Assembly (NCBI GenBank): GCA_030264375.1
Contig: JASCQW010000072.1
Location: 107,932,674 to 107,996,673, forward strand
Reading direction: 5' to 3'
From: Carcharhinus longimanus
Taxonomy: Eukaryota
Length of the DNA stretch: 64,000 bases
This document shows, piece by piece, positions 50,376-64,000 of this stretch (positions are counted from its first letter, which is position 1; each line of letters begins with the position of its first letter). Under the pieces are notes generated by a model. That model worked only from the letters and a program-made list of their open reading frames with translations, did not search any database and had not been told where the DNA came from. Both the position numbers and the translations under genes were made by a program.

Positions 50376-53300
50376 TGGTTACATTGCACTACCTTTTTCC
50401 AGATACCGTGCTCTATCAATCATTCTTTCTGATGCTATCCAACCCGTGGAACTGGCTTTTTGAATACAGGTGCTGGTTCTTGCATCTCCATTTTGAAGTC
50501 ACCTCTTCTACATCCCACTATTTCCGTAGTCACGTAGATAAACGCTTGCTTTTCTTGCTGGTATAAAGAACTTGTATCAAAACATCCCTTCAGGCAGCTG
50601 TACTCACCAATCCCTCCTTTTGTTTTACACCAATTTCATTTTTTAACCTTACATTTTCCCCAATTCTTAACATCTGCACCAAGCAGTGTACTTGCTGGCA
50701 GAGTCATGTAGAAGCAAGCACGGAAACAGCTCCTCATTTGGAATCTTACTATACCCATGTATATTCGTTTCTAGCAGCTAATATATATTTACTGTTGAAC
50801 TGCGCAAGACTACAAATACTTTAGACCTACCAAGCTACTTGCAGCACCTTCCGACTTTGTAAGATATATACTTATCAACACCACAAAAAAGAATTAGCTG
50901 ATCATTCATCCCATTGCTATTTGTGGGACTATGTACAAGCTGGCTGCTGTCACATTTGTTTACATAGCAGTCGCTGTACTATAAAAAGTGGTGTGTGAGA
51001 AATGCTTTTAAGATATTTCTCAGGCAATTTGTAGACAAGTCTTTGCGTTAAATCTAGTCCCTGGCTACAAATGTGAAATATTCTTCCAAATTGGCTAATA
51101 AAAGCTCAAAAGGATCAGAATTGGAACTATATTCACACTAGCTTTGATTCTGGTTCCAGAGCCCCAAGGGACAACCAGTTGTCAGTATGACCAAGCAGAA
51201 AGCATGGGTCACTGCACCCTAACATTGGTCTGGTTCACTTTCCACCCCCCCCCCCGCTCCCCGGTACTATAATTTTACAATCCAAAGCCATGGAAAGTAT
51301 GATCAAAATCTGATATTATTGCTTCAGATTAAAATTGCCCCTTTGTATTGGAGACAGTTTCAACCTGGCCACTTCAAGTCACTCAGTTCTATTACGCTAT
51401 TCAACTACCACAGCGTGAAACTCAATTTGCTGGAATCTAGCTCACCCACGTGACATTAAAGTAGTAAGTGTGCTTGCAGACAGGCTGAAGTAAACCAGGA
51501 AACCTCTGTACTAGAGAGTACAAACATTCCTCTCCAAATTTGCAAGTGCCATGTCTGATTGGTACAGTGGTTAAAATGAATTGTAATCAGTGAAAAAGGC
51601 TAAAAGTTAAGATGTGTGGAATTAGGAGGCATAGTTTAACATTGTAAATGCCAAATGGTATTGAAACAAATAAGAAATACGGTGGGTGGAATTCTCACCC
51701 AAAAATTCTAAGTGTCATAACGGTGTGAAAACAGGGGTCCTGAGGGTCAAATTGGCACTAATTTTCTGGCACTGTCCGTTTTTTCTTTGGCCAGCAAGGA
51801 GCTGTGTGGGGGGTTGGGGTGGGCGGGCAGGCTGGCAGAGCCTGGGTATGTTGGTGAACCATGTTCATAGCACTTGGGCACCATTGCATCCCAATCTAAG
51901 CGATTCAGGGGGACCTCATTGCAGTGCATGCCCCCCCCCCCCCAAAAAAAAAATCAAGCAGCAACATTGCTACCCCTCCACACCAATGTGGGTTGCCATC
52001 ATGACTTTTCCAACAAGTCCCCTGACATGACATACCCCTCCTCTCCAGTCACAACCTCCTCTGCGGACCATGCCCACATTGCACAAGCTCCTTCTTTGCT
52101 GAGCTCCACCTTCTACACATCCACCGTTGTGCACTAATGGGTATTGCCCAGCCATGCCCCCTCACCACCTGGAACAGCTTCAATCCCCCAGTGTGGCCAT
52201 GGCACCTCAGTTACTGCAGAGTAGTAGTGATTCTCGCCAGCATGATGTCTTGCTGACAAGAGGAGAAACATCCAGGAGGATGGAGGCAGCTGTGCCACAC
52301 AATTGACATTTCAATGTAGTCAATTCTTTGTTAATAGGCTTCAAGCCCTTTTTGGGCATGGAGTTCACACCAGGGAGTGAATTGGATTTTTGGCCTTGTA
52401 TGCCATCTTCCCAGCTCATTTCACTGATGGACTGGCACAGTGAACTGACAGGATTGTGTGTCTGGCATCTTCAAATTATCCTTCAGCACAAAGCACATAG
52501 AATTCAAATAGTGCTGACAGTAGACACAAGATTATGTCGAGGACAGCTATTAGTCCACACCAATGTAAAATAGTTCCATTGTAAATTGCCAGTTAATTTT
52601 CCACTGCGCTTGACCTTTCAACTGAAGTTCACAGAACAAAAAGTCTAAAGCTTTTCTGAAACTCATTTCTTAATCTTACTGTCACTTTTACTTTGTAATT
52701 AAATCTTTCACAATATTTTCCAACTCAAGAGAAAAACCAAAAGTGGCATAATGGATAACTGGCTGATTTGCTACAAACATGTTGCAGAGAGACCAATTTC
52801 ATTTCCTTCATTTGATCCATTTGGAAGAAAAAACCTCCAATTACTAAGACTACACACATGAGAACAGATATACACAAGTATCAAGCTTGAAGACAACTGT
52901 GCTGAAAAATAAGCATAAAACTGAATTGCATGACATGCTTCCGTTTGAGTGATGCCATGCTCCTATACCTTAATGATATTATTGCTGAGGATGGGAGAAG
53001 GGAGAGCATTCAAACTTTATATTTACTCAGGATTAATTGGGCTGTTATTAGGATCCAAGTTGAGCAAAAGTCCTCTGTATAATTTTATACTTCTTTTGAA
53101 CAGGTCTACCATGTCAGAAGCATTATCCGTAACCCTTGAGGAAATCACGGTTAGTCATCAGTTTCAAATCCGATGTCAGAAAAATATGTTACTTATCTGG
53201 CAACTGAGAAAAAGCATGTGCTGGTTTGCAGAGATAGCACTCTAATTCATAATTTTTTAAAAAATCCTGAAGATCCTCTTCTGGAACTTGCAGCCTGTAA

Positions 53301-53689
53301 ACGTCCCTCCTGCAGCTTTCCTGATTTCCCCATGACACTTATGGTCTCTTCCATCTCCAGTGTCAAATGGAGGATGGGGGGCATGGAGGTAGTGTTGGGC
53401 CAATCTCAATGCTGAGATTGGTGCAGGCACCGTGACCCTTTCAATGTATGCTGCTGCCTCTCCAGTGGGAATTGACCCTGCCCACCATTCTTTTTAAATC
53501 ATGTACACGCTAGGTAACCTCTGCAGTGCGTAGAATGTGGGAGATTCTTCTCTGAACTCCAACTGAAAAAAAAAACGTTAATTATGCCAGTTTTCACACA
53601 AATTTGACAAGCTTTTGGGGAGAATTCTGGCCAATATATTGTAAATAGTCAAACCAGAATCCATCAATGCCCTTAGGCAATTGTCTGAA

Positions 53690-54105
53690 GGAAGATTTGC
53701 ATTTATACAAACATTTTCACAATTGGAGAATCACAAATGACTTTACAGTCAATAAAGTACTTTTGAAGGGTCATCATTGTAATGCAAGGAACATGATAGC
53801 CAATTCTCCACAAACAGCTATGAAAAATAATCTTTTTCAGCTGAGGATTTTGTTGATTGTGGGGAATTGGCCAGGACACCAGAAACATACCCAATAATCT
53901 TCTAGGAAACCATGTCTTAAACATCCACCCAAGTGCAGATTCAGGGCCCTGGTTTAATGTGTAATCCAAAAGATGGCATCTCACCCATGTAGCACTCCAA
54001 GTATCACATGGAAGAATCAACCTTGATTTTTGTGCTCAGGTGTAGAGCTTGTAGCCACCACCTTCTGACTCAGGGGGTTGTGCTGCCAACCAAACCATGG
54101 CTGGT
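53690..54105 (-). mobile_element. DeuSINE (SacSINE1-like), near full length
   Basis: Reverse Deu domain ttggccaggacacc...catccacc...ggccctggtttaatgt..atccaaaagatggcatc, and tail ttgcatttata...ctttacagtcaataaagtacttttgaag. Tail fragments at about 20805, 29140 and 50885. Confidence 0.75.
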
Positions 54106-56749
54106 ACTAGAGACCAGTTGGACAACTAAATAATTGGCATCCAATTGGTTTCAAGCATATGTGCTCAAGTCAATGTGCATTCGCACTCCCCAAAAGAACG
54201 TTTACAAATCTGACTATTTTGCTTGGATATGCTCTCCAGCTAACTGTGAATGCACTCGACATATTTTAACTGGCATTGCCCCTCAAATTCTTCTCGATTA
54301 CTATTCATGGAAAGAAGAATTTTGTGTCTAAACAAAGAAAGACAGATTACTAAAAAAAGGAATGGAAGGGACAGAAATAACTCAAATGCCGATGTCATTC
54401 AAGTGGTATATGCACTTGCTCTCTGTCCAGCTCCTGTGTTTACAGGATTAAGATCTTTATCCAAAAAAGAAACCACGATGTCTAGAAGCTGGAACTTGGA
54501 TGGCTATTTTTTGTAGCAATAAAATTTGCAGGAGCTCCAAGTTCAAATGGATTATGAAGGAGACTTTTCTTAAAGCTAGCACAGCACTTGTTCACCATTT
54601 TGTTATAAAAGTCTTGAAAAATATTCATATTCTACCTAGAGCCATTTCAACCAAAGGGTATCTGTTTGCTTCTATAACATTTCGTTCCTGCAGAACAAGC
54701 GGTTATAATTTATTTAGTCTGAATAGCAACCCAATGAAAAGTAAAACACAGAATTAGTAGCAAAGAGACCATTTGGCCCAACTGGCCTGTGTTGTTGAGC
54801 TTTGAATGAGTCTCTTCCCATGCTACTTTATCACTTCCTTCAGCTTTCTGTAACCCTGTCTGCATTTCCTCCTACTCCTTTTCACCCCTCGTGCATTTAA
54901 CTAGTTTTGACAAAAAGCATCTAAGCTGTCCATCTCCACCAACTCTGCTTCTACGTTCTAACCACTTTCTGGAAAAAGTGGTTTCACCTGAAATCTTTAT
55001 TGGATTTATTGGAGACAAAGTTCAACTTGTGGCCCTTAGTTCTTGGGCTCCCCAACCACAAGAGGATTATTGATGCACCTATCCAATCAGATTTCGTAAT
55101 GTTAACAGCCTTCATTGGGTTACCCCTCTTCTCTAAAGGGAAGCATATTTAATCTTTCCGATAGATATAACCGCTCACTGTTAGACATAAACGTTAGTTT
55201 TAGCATTCATGGTAGACTTGCAAAGGGTCACTTTTTTTTAAAAAGACAGATTAGGAGAAATTGAGTATCTTTGGAATGCTTTTCCTCAAAAGGCAGCAGA
55301 ATCTTTGAATATTTCTAAGGCAGATAGATTCTTCATTAAGAAGGGGTGAAAGGTTATCAGGATGGACAGGAATGTGGGGTTGAGTTTACAAGCTGATCAG
55401 CCATTATCTTATTGAATGGAGGAGCAGGCTTGAGGGGCCGACCTCTGCTTCAAATTTGTATGTTTGTATGTATTATGGACAACATTCATATTTTTGAGAG
55501 TAATCAACATTGCATGCTTCTCATTAAAAGCCATTCCAGGAATGGCTTGCAAAGTTAGAATGCAATCCTTTAAAAGTTCACATCCCATTGTAGCTGCTTG
55601 GAATTCAGCTGGTGTGTATTTTTAGTTAACATGTTAAAATAAATGGTTAGCCAGGATCATATTTTAAGAACAGAATCAAGGCAAGTTATAAAATGCAAAG
55701 TTTTTGCAATAAACTGTACTGGTAATGGGCTGGTGAATTGTGAATACTTTGCAGCCACTTTATTAACACTGCCTGTTCTTGTCAACTGTTGTTCATCTGG
55801 ACCAGTAGAGATCAAGCAGATCTTTTGGAATTTGCAACGCTTCAGAAACAGATCACTTAAATGATATACTGATGTTTCCTTAGGATACATGCACTTTAAA
55901 TGCCTTATCCCATTGAGATAATTATGTCTGCTCCAAGACACTGACCCCAGAGGTACTTGGGGAGAATGGAAGGGAGGAGGTGGCACCAAGACTTACTGGA
56001 GCCCAGACAAAACAACGTATTTTTTAAAAACTTACATTAAGTATGAGAAAAACATGATTTTGCTTGGCACGTTACCAAAAAAGTCTGTTTTTAACTGCAT
56101 TACTTCCAAATGCAGCTACTGTAGGGCATTGAAATTTTATTACAAACATCACCCTCAGCATTCAGTTCGTTCCCATCATTTGAGTAGACAAAAGGCTGTT
56201 GGAGGAGTGCCAAAGTTTCACAGCCAGCATCTGCTCTGTGAAGATCAGATCTATGAGCACCACAAGCTGTGACAATGACCTAGTAATTAGAACTTCTCTG
56301 CAGTGTCCCACGTCACAGGAACAGTTTGGTATTCCAGATTGCTGGAATCTTGGTGTCACTTTGGTCAGTCTTGGCCACTGGAGCCTGCTCCACTTACCAT
56401 CACCTCATTTCATTTCCTTGTGGATTTTCCATCCACCTGTCTCTCCTGTCACAGGCTTGTATCATTTCCACCATTTCAAATCATCTCAACTTTTACAGAC
56501 CAAGAATTTCTTTCTTGTGCTTGTTTTACTGTTCTTCCTTACAGAACCATAGAATCCATATGTTGCAGAAGGAGGCCATTCAGCCCATTGAATCTACACT
56601 GACTCAGAGCATCTTCCTAGGCCCAACACCACCCCCAACAGCCCCCCCAACTCCCACTGTTGCTGGCATCAGGACCTTCCCAACAAATCCCGAGACCCTC
56701 TAGGCTTCCCCCTCTGACCAGCTCCCTGGATAGCACACCCCCACACAAG

Positions 56750-56819
56750 AACATAAGAAATAGGAGCAGGAGTAGGCCAACTAGCCCTTCGAGCCTGCCC
56801 CGCCATTCAATAAGATCAT
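56750..56819 (-). mobile_element. Young CR1 3' tail inserted in a GC-rich TIR element, running into a gap
   Basis: aagaacataagaaataggagcaggagtaggcca is the reverse complement of the 11640-11705 tail. Confidence 0.85.
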
Positions 56820-58269
56820 NNNNNNNNNNNNNNNNNNNNNNNNNNNNNNNNNNNNNNNNNNNNNNNNNNNNNNNNNNNNNNNNNNNNNNNNNNNNNNNNN
56901 NNNNNNNNNNNNNNNNNNNACCATACTCACGCCCCTTACTCCCTCTATTATTGGGACATCCTCGGCCTCTATCCTTACCTGTACCGTCTCCTTAACCTTA
57001 GGCCCCACTTGCCCGACCTTCCCCCAACATTGCCCACCCGTTGGCTCTGCCTCTGGCACAGTTATGGTGCCAAACAGGCACTGCTAGGGTGCCCAACTGG
57101 AAACTGCCCAGCCATGTCCACAACCACATAGGGGCTTCAATGTCCTCCAATCTTCCCAGCATGGCCATGACACCTAGTTTTCACAGGTGGAGACCTGTAG
57201 TGATTTGTGCTGGTGTGATATTAAGTGGGTGGGGAGATTCCAGGAGGCCAGATGTCATACCAAACCTGCTAACCACATGCAAATTCTATGTAAATAGGCT
57301 TTGCATCTCATCCTCACCAGTGATCTTCCCAGCTTGCCATGCTGATTGACCCACACTGAGCCAGTAGGATGGCACCCCAAGCTGGAGCTGTTGGCACAAG
57401 CATTGTGTGCCAGCTCAGTTTGAGAAGAGAGTGGCGAGCTACAGGGGAAGAAAATTGATTTGTAGGAGATCCTGAGGTTAATTTATAGGTGGTCGTGGGA
57501 ACCTTGGAAGAGTTTATTGAATAGCTCCCATTAGTAAATCACCAGTCAACTCCTGCCATTGGTTGTCCAATGCAGCAAACAGTCTTACTTCAATGCTTTT
57601 CAGTGTCCTGTTTTGACATTAAATCTAGCCATCCTGGCAGTGATCCCATTGAAGCCCTTTTGTGGTTAATTAAGGGTCACCTACAAGCACCTCTGGGATT
57701 CTGAGGTTGGGGGATGCCTCCTTTTCTGGTCCCCTGCACTTAGATGACCAGTCTCTCTCTCTCTGCTCTTTGCCCATCTCCCCCTCCCTATCCAGTCTGT
57801 CCCCTATCCCTAAAATGGGAACTGTCAGCTTGGCCCCAGCAAGATCCAGGATTTGGTTCCATTGGTGTCTCCCTCAGGTCACTGTATGCAGCCTTAGCAT
57901 GGCCACTGCATCTAATGGCAAGGCTGAGATGAGAGCTCCCAGTTGCTTCAGTGGCCGACAGCTGAGTCCAGACCTTCTCCCAGATTGGTTGCAGGGGGAT
58001 AGAGGGTGCAAAATGTTCACTTCAAGCCAATTAGCTTTGTAGTTATTAGCTACAGGGCAAAGCAGGCTCACTCACATTTTATACTGGAGCGACAACGATG
58101 TTCCCATTGTAAAATCTAGCCTTACAAAAAGGCAAAACATTATTCAACTTTCTAAAGCCCTAGTCAGATCCTATTTTGAACTCAGTTCAATTGTAGGATT
58201 GTTTATATCGTTGAAAGATGAGGATTTATAGGGTTAAATTTGAGAGGCAGGTTGCTTGTTTTTGAAGAA

Positions 58270-58760
58270 AAGAATTACAGCACAGACTCAGGTCTTTTTG
58301 GCCCCCTAAGCCTGCACTGACCATGCTGTCCATCTGAATGAAAACCCACTATTCTTCTGGGGATCATATCCCTCTATCCCCATTCTATTCAGGTATTTGT
58401 CAAGACATCCCCTATCGTATTTGCTTTCACTACCTCCCCCAGTGAGTTCCAGGCACCTACCATCCTGTGTATAAAAAAAACTTGCCTTGTACATCTCCTT
58501 TAAACCTTGCCCCTCACACCTTAAACCTATGCCCCCTAGTAAATGACTTTTCCATCTTGGGGGAAAAACCTTCTGACTGTCCACTCTGTACATGCCCCTC
58601 AATCTGTCATTCCAGTGAGAACAAAGTTTCTGCAGCCTCAGAATGCCCTCCATACCAGGCAACATCCTGATAAATCTTTTCTGTACCCTCTCTAAAGCCT
58701 TCACATCCCTCTGGTAGAATGGCAACCAGAATTGAACACTATATTCCAAGTGCAGCCTAC
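58270..58760 (-). mobile_element. CR1 LINE 3' fragment
   Basis: LEYSVQFWLPFYQRDVKALERVQKRFIRMLPGM. Confidence 0.92.
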
Positions 58761-59692
58761 GGTTTGCTTGATTTTAGGAGCCCAATTGTTTAAAAATGAT
58801 TTAAAAAGTTAATGCCATACACTCAGAAGACCATTTCTTCTGCTGAGCACAATTATCCAACTGTAGCAACCATGGCACATTTTTTGCCTCAATAAAATAC
58901 ACCTGTGGTACCCATATGGAAATGGATTTCTTGTCCAACCTGGCTGGCTCACATTTCATTCTCAAGTCAATATCAAGCCCCAACTCCAGGTTTATACTGC
59001 AACTTCCTAGTGCAAAAGCAGAACAAAACAACTTGGCTGCTGCTGTTGTGTGAGATCCACATCCCTGAATTGGTGCAATGGGAAAATTGTAGCTAATTTG
59101 ACATTAATGAAATAGCAATAATACCATAAAAGTACCTTACACTAGTTGGTACTGTTTCCCCAGACTCTGAAGCTCAGGAAAATTAGCATCTTGGCTATGC
59201 AACACATCACATCAGGATTATTTTGCTGTCATCATAAACCAACTCAAAAAAAATATGGCTCAATTTCAAAAACAGATATGAGCACATTTAGGAGTTTTGT
59301 AAGGCAGAAGTTGATTTTAAAAAGACCATTGTTCATGCATACACAGCCTGGGAATGACCTCCTTATTCAACTGAAAGAACAGTTATGCTCAAATTTGCTG
59401 CATTACTGCCATTATAAATCAGTGACTAACCTTCAAAAAGACCTCATTAACCTGCAGTGGTTGGGACATCAAAGTCCCACTAGGTATTGAATAAAAGTCA
59501 GTCTTTTCTTTCTTTTTACAGAACAGATTTCTGTTGGTTGCTGTAACATTCACAGCAACCAACCAGGCCATCTAAGTACTGGGCAGTTGAGCAATTATTC
59601 TATTCCTCGTGCATGAGTTGCAAAGCATTTGCCCCTTTGGGCCAATGCACTCAGCAAAAGCATTAACAAATTTAAAACTAGAGAAAAACACC

Positions 59693-59821
59693 TGGGCAGG
59701 AATTCTCTGACCGTTCACGCCAGTGGGATTCTACAGTGAACGGAGATTTGGCTGAGCACCAAATTCTGCGTCCTTGCTTGTAGCAGCAGCAAGGTGTAAA
59801 CAGCCAGAAAATTCCAGCCCT
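59693..59821. mobile_element. MITE-like element
   Basis: TIR gggcaggaattctct / agaaaattccagccc. Confidence 0.72.
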
Positions 59822-59893
59822 GAAATCTAAAATGCTGAGGTGCAGACATTGCATGCATTACAAAGTAAACAGAACTAGAGACACATGCTCGCT

Positions 59894-60077
59894 GAGAGGG
59901 AGAGGGAGAGGGAGAGGGAGAGGGAGAGGGAGANNNNNNNNNNNNNNNNNNNNNNNNNNNNNNNNNNNNNNNNNNNNNNNNNNNNNNNNNNNNNNNNNNN
60001 NNNNNNNNNNNNNNNNNNNNNNNNNNNNNNNNNCCCAGGGAGAGAGAGGGAGAGAGAGGGAGAGAGAGGGAGAGAGA
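59894..60077. repeat. (GAGAGG)n / (GAGAGAGAGG)n purine microsatellite spanning a gap
   Basis: Read directly on both sides of the 100-N gap. Confidence 0.95.
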
Positions 60078-60087
60078 AACTCCCCTT

Positions 60088-60222
60088 CCGTCTCCCCCCA
60101 CACTCTTGGGCTGGGCAATCCCAGACCCTAACCACTTGCTGAGAGAAACCGGTCTCCCACCCCCACATTCTCTCAGGCTGGGCAATCCCAGATCCTAACC
60201 ACTCGCTGAGTGAGAAACTCTC
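60088..60222. repeat. Tandem duplication of a unit of about 65-70 bp
   Basis: ggctgggcaatcccagaccctaaccacttgctgag and ggctgggcaatcccagatcctaaccactcgctgag. Confidence 0.85.
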
Positions 60223-60559
60223 CACGTGCCTCCTCATGCGGTTTCAAATTTGGAGTATTAGAGACTAAAAGATGCTCCCCATTTTCCCTTAGCTTCTACA
60301 TGCATACTTCTCAGATGGAAGCAATCAGCTTCACTGAAAATGAACCATTCAAGTCTCTGACCAGGGTGTTTTCCATGTGGTCAGAGATGATCAAGAGCTT
60401 GATCTGTCTATAATGCGTTCTATGTTGATGTACCAGATAAGGCAAGTAAAGGAGACATGGGAATGATAAATAAAATCTTCTGGAACTTTCCTTGATTACC
60501 TTTGGGGATTGGAGAGTGTTTATGCAGAACTTTCCCTCAGGAGATTGAACAGGTGATGT

Positions 60560-60751
60560 ACAGTGGTGGACCTACCAAATATTAAGCTGATCTTTCTTGA
60601 CATTCAAGCTATGCCTAACACTATATTCTGCACCCTCTTCTTTCCTTCTCCCTAACATACTCTGAAATGATATGCTTTGTCTTGATAGAGTAAAAAGTAT
60701 TGTTTCTTGTGCACTCTCTCAATAAATGCAAGAACAATAAATCAAATCAAA
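60560..60751 (+). mobile_element. LINE 3' tail (Rex1/L2-like)
   Basis: taacactatattctgcacc...acaataaatcaaatcaaa terminus. Confidence 0.5.
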
Positions 60752-61329
60752 CAGTCCATTTTAGGTGGGTATAAATCTCAGAAAGCTGTACCTTGCTACA
60801 CTGTGTCTCTAAACAGAAAGCACAAAGTTGAAAAGTCATCTTCGAGTAGTCTGGTACTGTGTACACATTTGATTATCCTGCTACAATAGATAGAATACTG
60901 TTATCTTCAGCCTAAGTATAAAAGGGTGATAAGCCCAGAAAAAAATTTGAGAAGCTTCATTCCTACAATCGAAAGAGATGTTTAAGATATTACAAGATGT
61001 GCCAAAAGTTTTAAATCAGTTAGGTAAGATGATGAATATTTGAGGTAAATCAGACTAAATACATCAACATGTATTTCAGCATGAGAAAAAATGCGCACTG
61101 AAGGTAAATTTGTACTTGGATGCAAGGGTCTCAAGTTGGCACAGCAGCATAGAGGGGCCAAAACACCTGTAGTCCTACTAAATGCTCTTTTACATTCTTT
61201 GTTGGATATTTTGAAAGGTCTAGCTAAAAGAACTTAGAAGGAAATATTGCAATGCACGTGATAGAGAAAACATTGCATAGAATAACATTGGTTTGGCTTG
61301 TTTCTGTACTGTCCACTCATTCATCCCAA

Positions 61330-62150
61330 CCAATCTGTGCCACTGATTATGTTGCACTGAAGTTTCTTCCTCTTCCAATTGCATCAGCATAACCCTCCAT
61401 TCCAATCTCCCTCACATCCTTATGTAGCTCCATGATCTGTGCATTGGTCTTAAACTCAATTGTGGTGTTGGATTACAAACCCAAACCACTGTTTGCGTAA
61501 ATAAATTGCTTTTCAATGTCTGATTTATTAATGATTACACCATGTTGATGGCTTTGAGCTTTGCTCTTCAAGTGGAAAAACTGCTTTGACCAAAACCTTT
61601 CAGAATTTTAAGGAACTTACTGGCTAATGCCTCAGCCTTTTCTTAGAGGGAAAGGATGGAGGCTGTTCATTTGGAAGCACACAATCTCAGTTCAAGCATT
61701 TTATTCCCTCCCCACCCCCTGCCAAAATCAATTACACTAGTACCTTCACTGTAAAATAGCAGTCAGAACTGTACAGTGTTCCAAAGTTTTCTACAAGTTT
61801 AGTGCAATTTGTCTGCTTTTTAATTCTCTGTGGAACTAAACCCTAGGTGATGGTTTACATATTTTAATACACCTTGCTACTTTTAATGCATCTCTACCCA
61901 CAGATTCCTTTGCTCCTCTGCCCCATTTAAATCATTTTTTTGGCAAAAATTCAATATCTCACCAAGGTTGAAATTTAATTACCCATTATTTTCTGTTCTG
62001 CATGCATGTTCTTGAAACATCCTCAGTGTTGACTATACTACATCAATTTGGTGTTATCCACAAATTTAGAAAGTATATATTTTTGATTTCATTTAATCGT
62101 TCATCTAACTTCTGCACAGTGGTCCAACCTTCTGTCACTAAGTAGCCACC
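61330..62150 (-). mobile_element. Old CR1 fragment
   Basis: cagaactgtacagtgttcc and tcaatttggtgttatccacaaattt (reverse of the KFADDTK motif). Confidence 0.6.
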
Positions 62151-62794
62151 CTTTGCCCCAACTGTTTTGTCATTCAGCAAATTGGCCATCTATTCTGCTA
62201 CTGTTCCGATTTCACTGACCTTTTCACCATTTATGCTAATACACAAAATGCATGGAAATGTGTGGAACACATCACATTTGATGACTGACCAACAACTAGC
62301 GCAGCTCATTCGCATGTTCAACTGTCGTGATGCCAGTTTTAAACTCAATACTCATGTATTGCTAGAAGAGCATCACAAGATGGAAAAAATGTTGGCACGA
62401 GAATATGCCCACATTAGTGTACTTGGGTGTCAAGCTCAACCTGGGCTTACTTGAAATTTAATCTTGCAGTGCCACAGTATTATAAGTAAAAGTTGCACTA
62501 TGATATTGACACTCATACAAGTTGGATACCTCATATTGAGGAAGCTCCATAAACAAGTATGGTTACAGGAGAGTTTAACATGGTATACTCTTATACTTTG
62601 CTTTAGAAATTTCAGCAAAAAATTCTCCCACCCTGAACAAGAGTTACATCTCTAGCTAGCTCAATATTAGCATCCAAATGTCAAGGATACTCTACACCTC
62701 ACAATTGAGAGTCAAGGTATATTTACTTTAAAATAGTGAACAATGGCACCATTCATAGACTCAATGGCAAAATTCCTCGTAAGACAATACCAGC

Positions 62795-63092
62795 TCAGTG
62801 GCATGCAGTGGTTGGCACTACTGCCTCAGTGCAGGAGACCTGGGTTCAATTCCAGCCTTGGATGACTACGTAGAGGTATACATTCTCCGTATCTGTGGGT
62901 TTTTTCCCCCCCACAGTCCAATATAGTTAGGTGGATTTGCTATAGTAAATAGCCTCTTAATGTCCCAAAATGTGGGAATTAGTGGGATAAATGTGGGTAT
63001 AGGCCCTGGGTTCTATGCTTTGTTCGAGTGTTGGTACAGACTTCATGGGCCGAATGGCCTTTTTCTGCACAGGAGGGATGCTGTGATTCTAA
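62795..63092 (+). mobile_element. V-SINE (HE1-like), 150 nt into the intron after exon 8
   Basis: cagtggttggcactactgcctc, gggttcaattcc, gggccgaatggcct tail. Confidence 0.82.
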
Positions 63093-63240
63093 ATGCAAAT
63101 GACTCATTAAGCAATTTAATGACAAACTACTAAACCAATTAAAGTTAGCAAATTCAATTGGAAGAGAATTGCTTCCTCAAAACATTTAAATTAAAAATTT
63201 CAACACAAGCATTATAATAATATTTCAAGATCCCACTTAC

Positions 63241-63282
63241 CTTCCTATCATTCTGCTCCGTGGGATCACCTGAATAATGACC
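63241..63282 (-). CDS. ANO1: Anoctamin-1 exon (human exon 8 equivalent), GHYSGDPTEQNDRK
   Basis: 42 nt, tcctatag|GGT...AAG|gtaagt. Matches human GDYNGENVEFNDRK in length and NDRK end. Phase 0 joins the next exon. Confidence 0.88.
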
Positions 63283-64000
63283 CTATAGGAAAGCAAAGAA
63301 ATTGCATTATTTTCCACCTCCATACATATGACAATAGGAGAACTGCTTTTTCAAATTTACACAATATGCACTGAGTAGAGAACAGGTCCACTTGTATGAA
63401 GGGCACATAATGGACTTAGATATTCCACAGCCTCTTCACTGAGCAATTTGGTTAAGAGGAGAATTAGAAACCTTATTATAGGGATTTCAAAAATACACAT
63501 GCAGAATCCTTCAAACATGCTTGGGAATAAATAGAAGCCTGGAAAAAAAAAAGTGTTTACTAATCCAAAAGACTCAGCCCCCTAGAGAATATTCCCACTC
63601 AACATCCACCCACGATGAACAGGTGCAACCAAAGAACAGCCTGGTTACAATGTCAAAGTACAATTGCAATATAACATTGGAAATGACATCATAGGGGCAA
63701 GGGGCGATAAAAATCAGTAGATCAAACTATAGCAAGCCAAAAAGAATGGGTCCCCAAAATCCATATGTCCAAAAGAAATACCTTCCTTACAAAATAGCAC
63801 ACAAACTTTACTAAACGTCCTGTCGCTTTATCGACTGACAGCTTGAAGATTGTTCCAAAACTGGTAGCTGCCTTGGTTTCTTATAAATCCCCACAGTTGT
63901 TCAGCCAGAAAAGCCACTAATTATCCTATGGTGTTTCATATACATTTGATTCAAACAGGACCTTCAGCGAGGATTTCATTAAGCTTTGATCTCCCACAGC

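Noticed and set aside
60088-60222. Two direct repeats of about 35 bp with a spacer, superficially CRISPR-like
   Set aside because: Eukaryotic intron, only two copies, the spacers are themselves homologous, and there are no cas genes.

Overview
This is vertebrate genomic DNA, almost certainly from a shark or other elasmobranch, judged by the HE1/V-SINE, DeuSINE and CR1 repeat landscape. It is a draft scaffold with N gaps. The whole window lies inside one minus-strand gene, an anoctamin-1 (ANO1/TMEM16A)-type Ca2+-activated Cl- channel. I reconstructed 13 consecutive coding exons (63282 down to 3363) with intact phases, equivalent to human exons 8-20 and totalling 1199 nt (about 399 aa, pre-TM1 to TM6). 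Both classic alternatively spliced cassettes are present: a 12-nt microexon (ERLK, segment c) and a 78-nt exon (segment d). There is also a 116-nt GC-AG intron. The introns hold tRNA-derived SINEs, decayed CR1/other LINE and Penelope fragments, and many short inverted-repeat (MITE-like) elements. Nearly all entries in the ORF track are spurious. I found no prokaryote-type or clearly novel system. The best leads concern splicing (microexon architecture, GC donor, inverted SINE pairs around exons), the paralog identity of the gene, and the MITE family. Repeat family names and human/mouse comparisons come from memory of consensus sequences, not from searches, and repeat boundaries are approximate.
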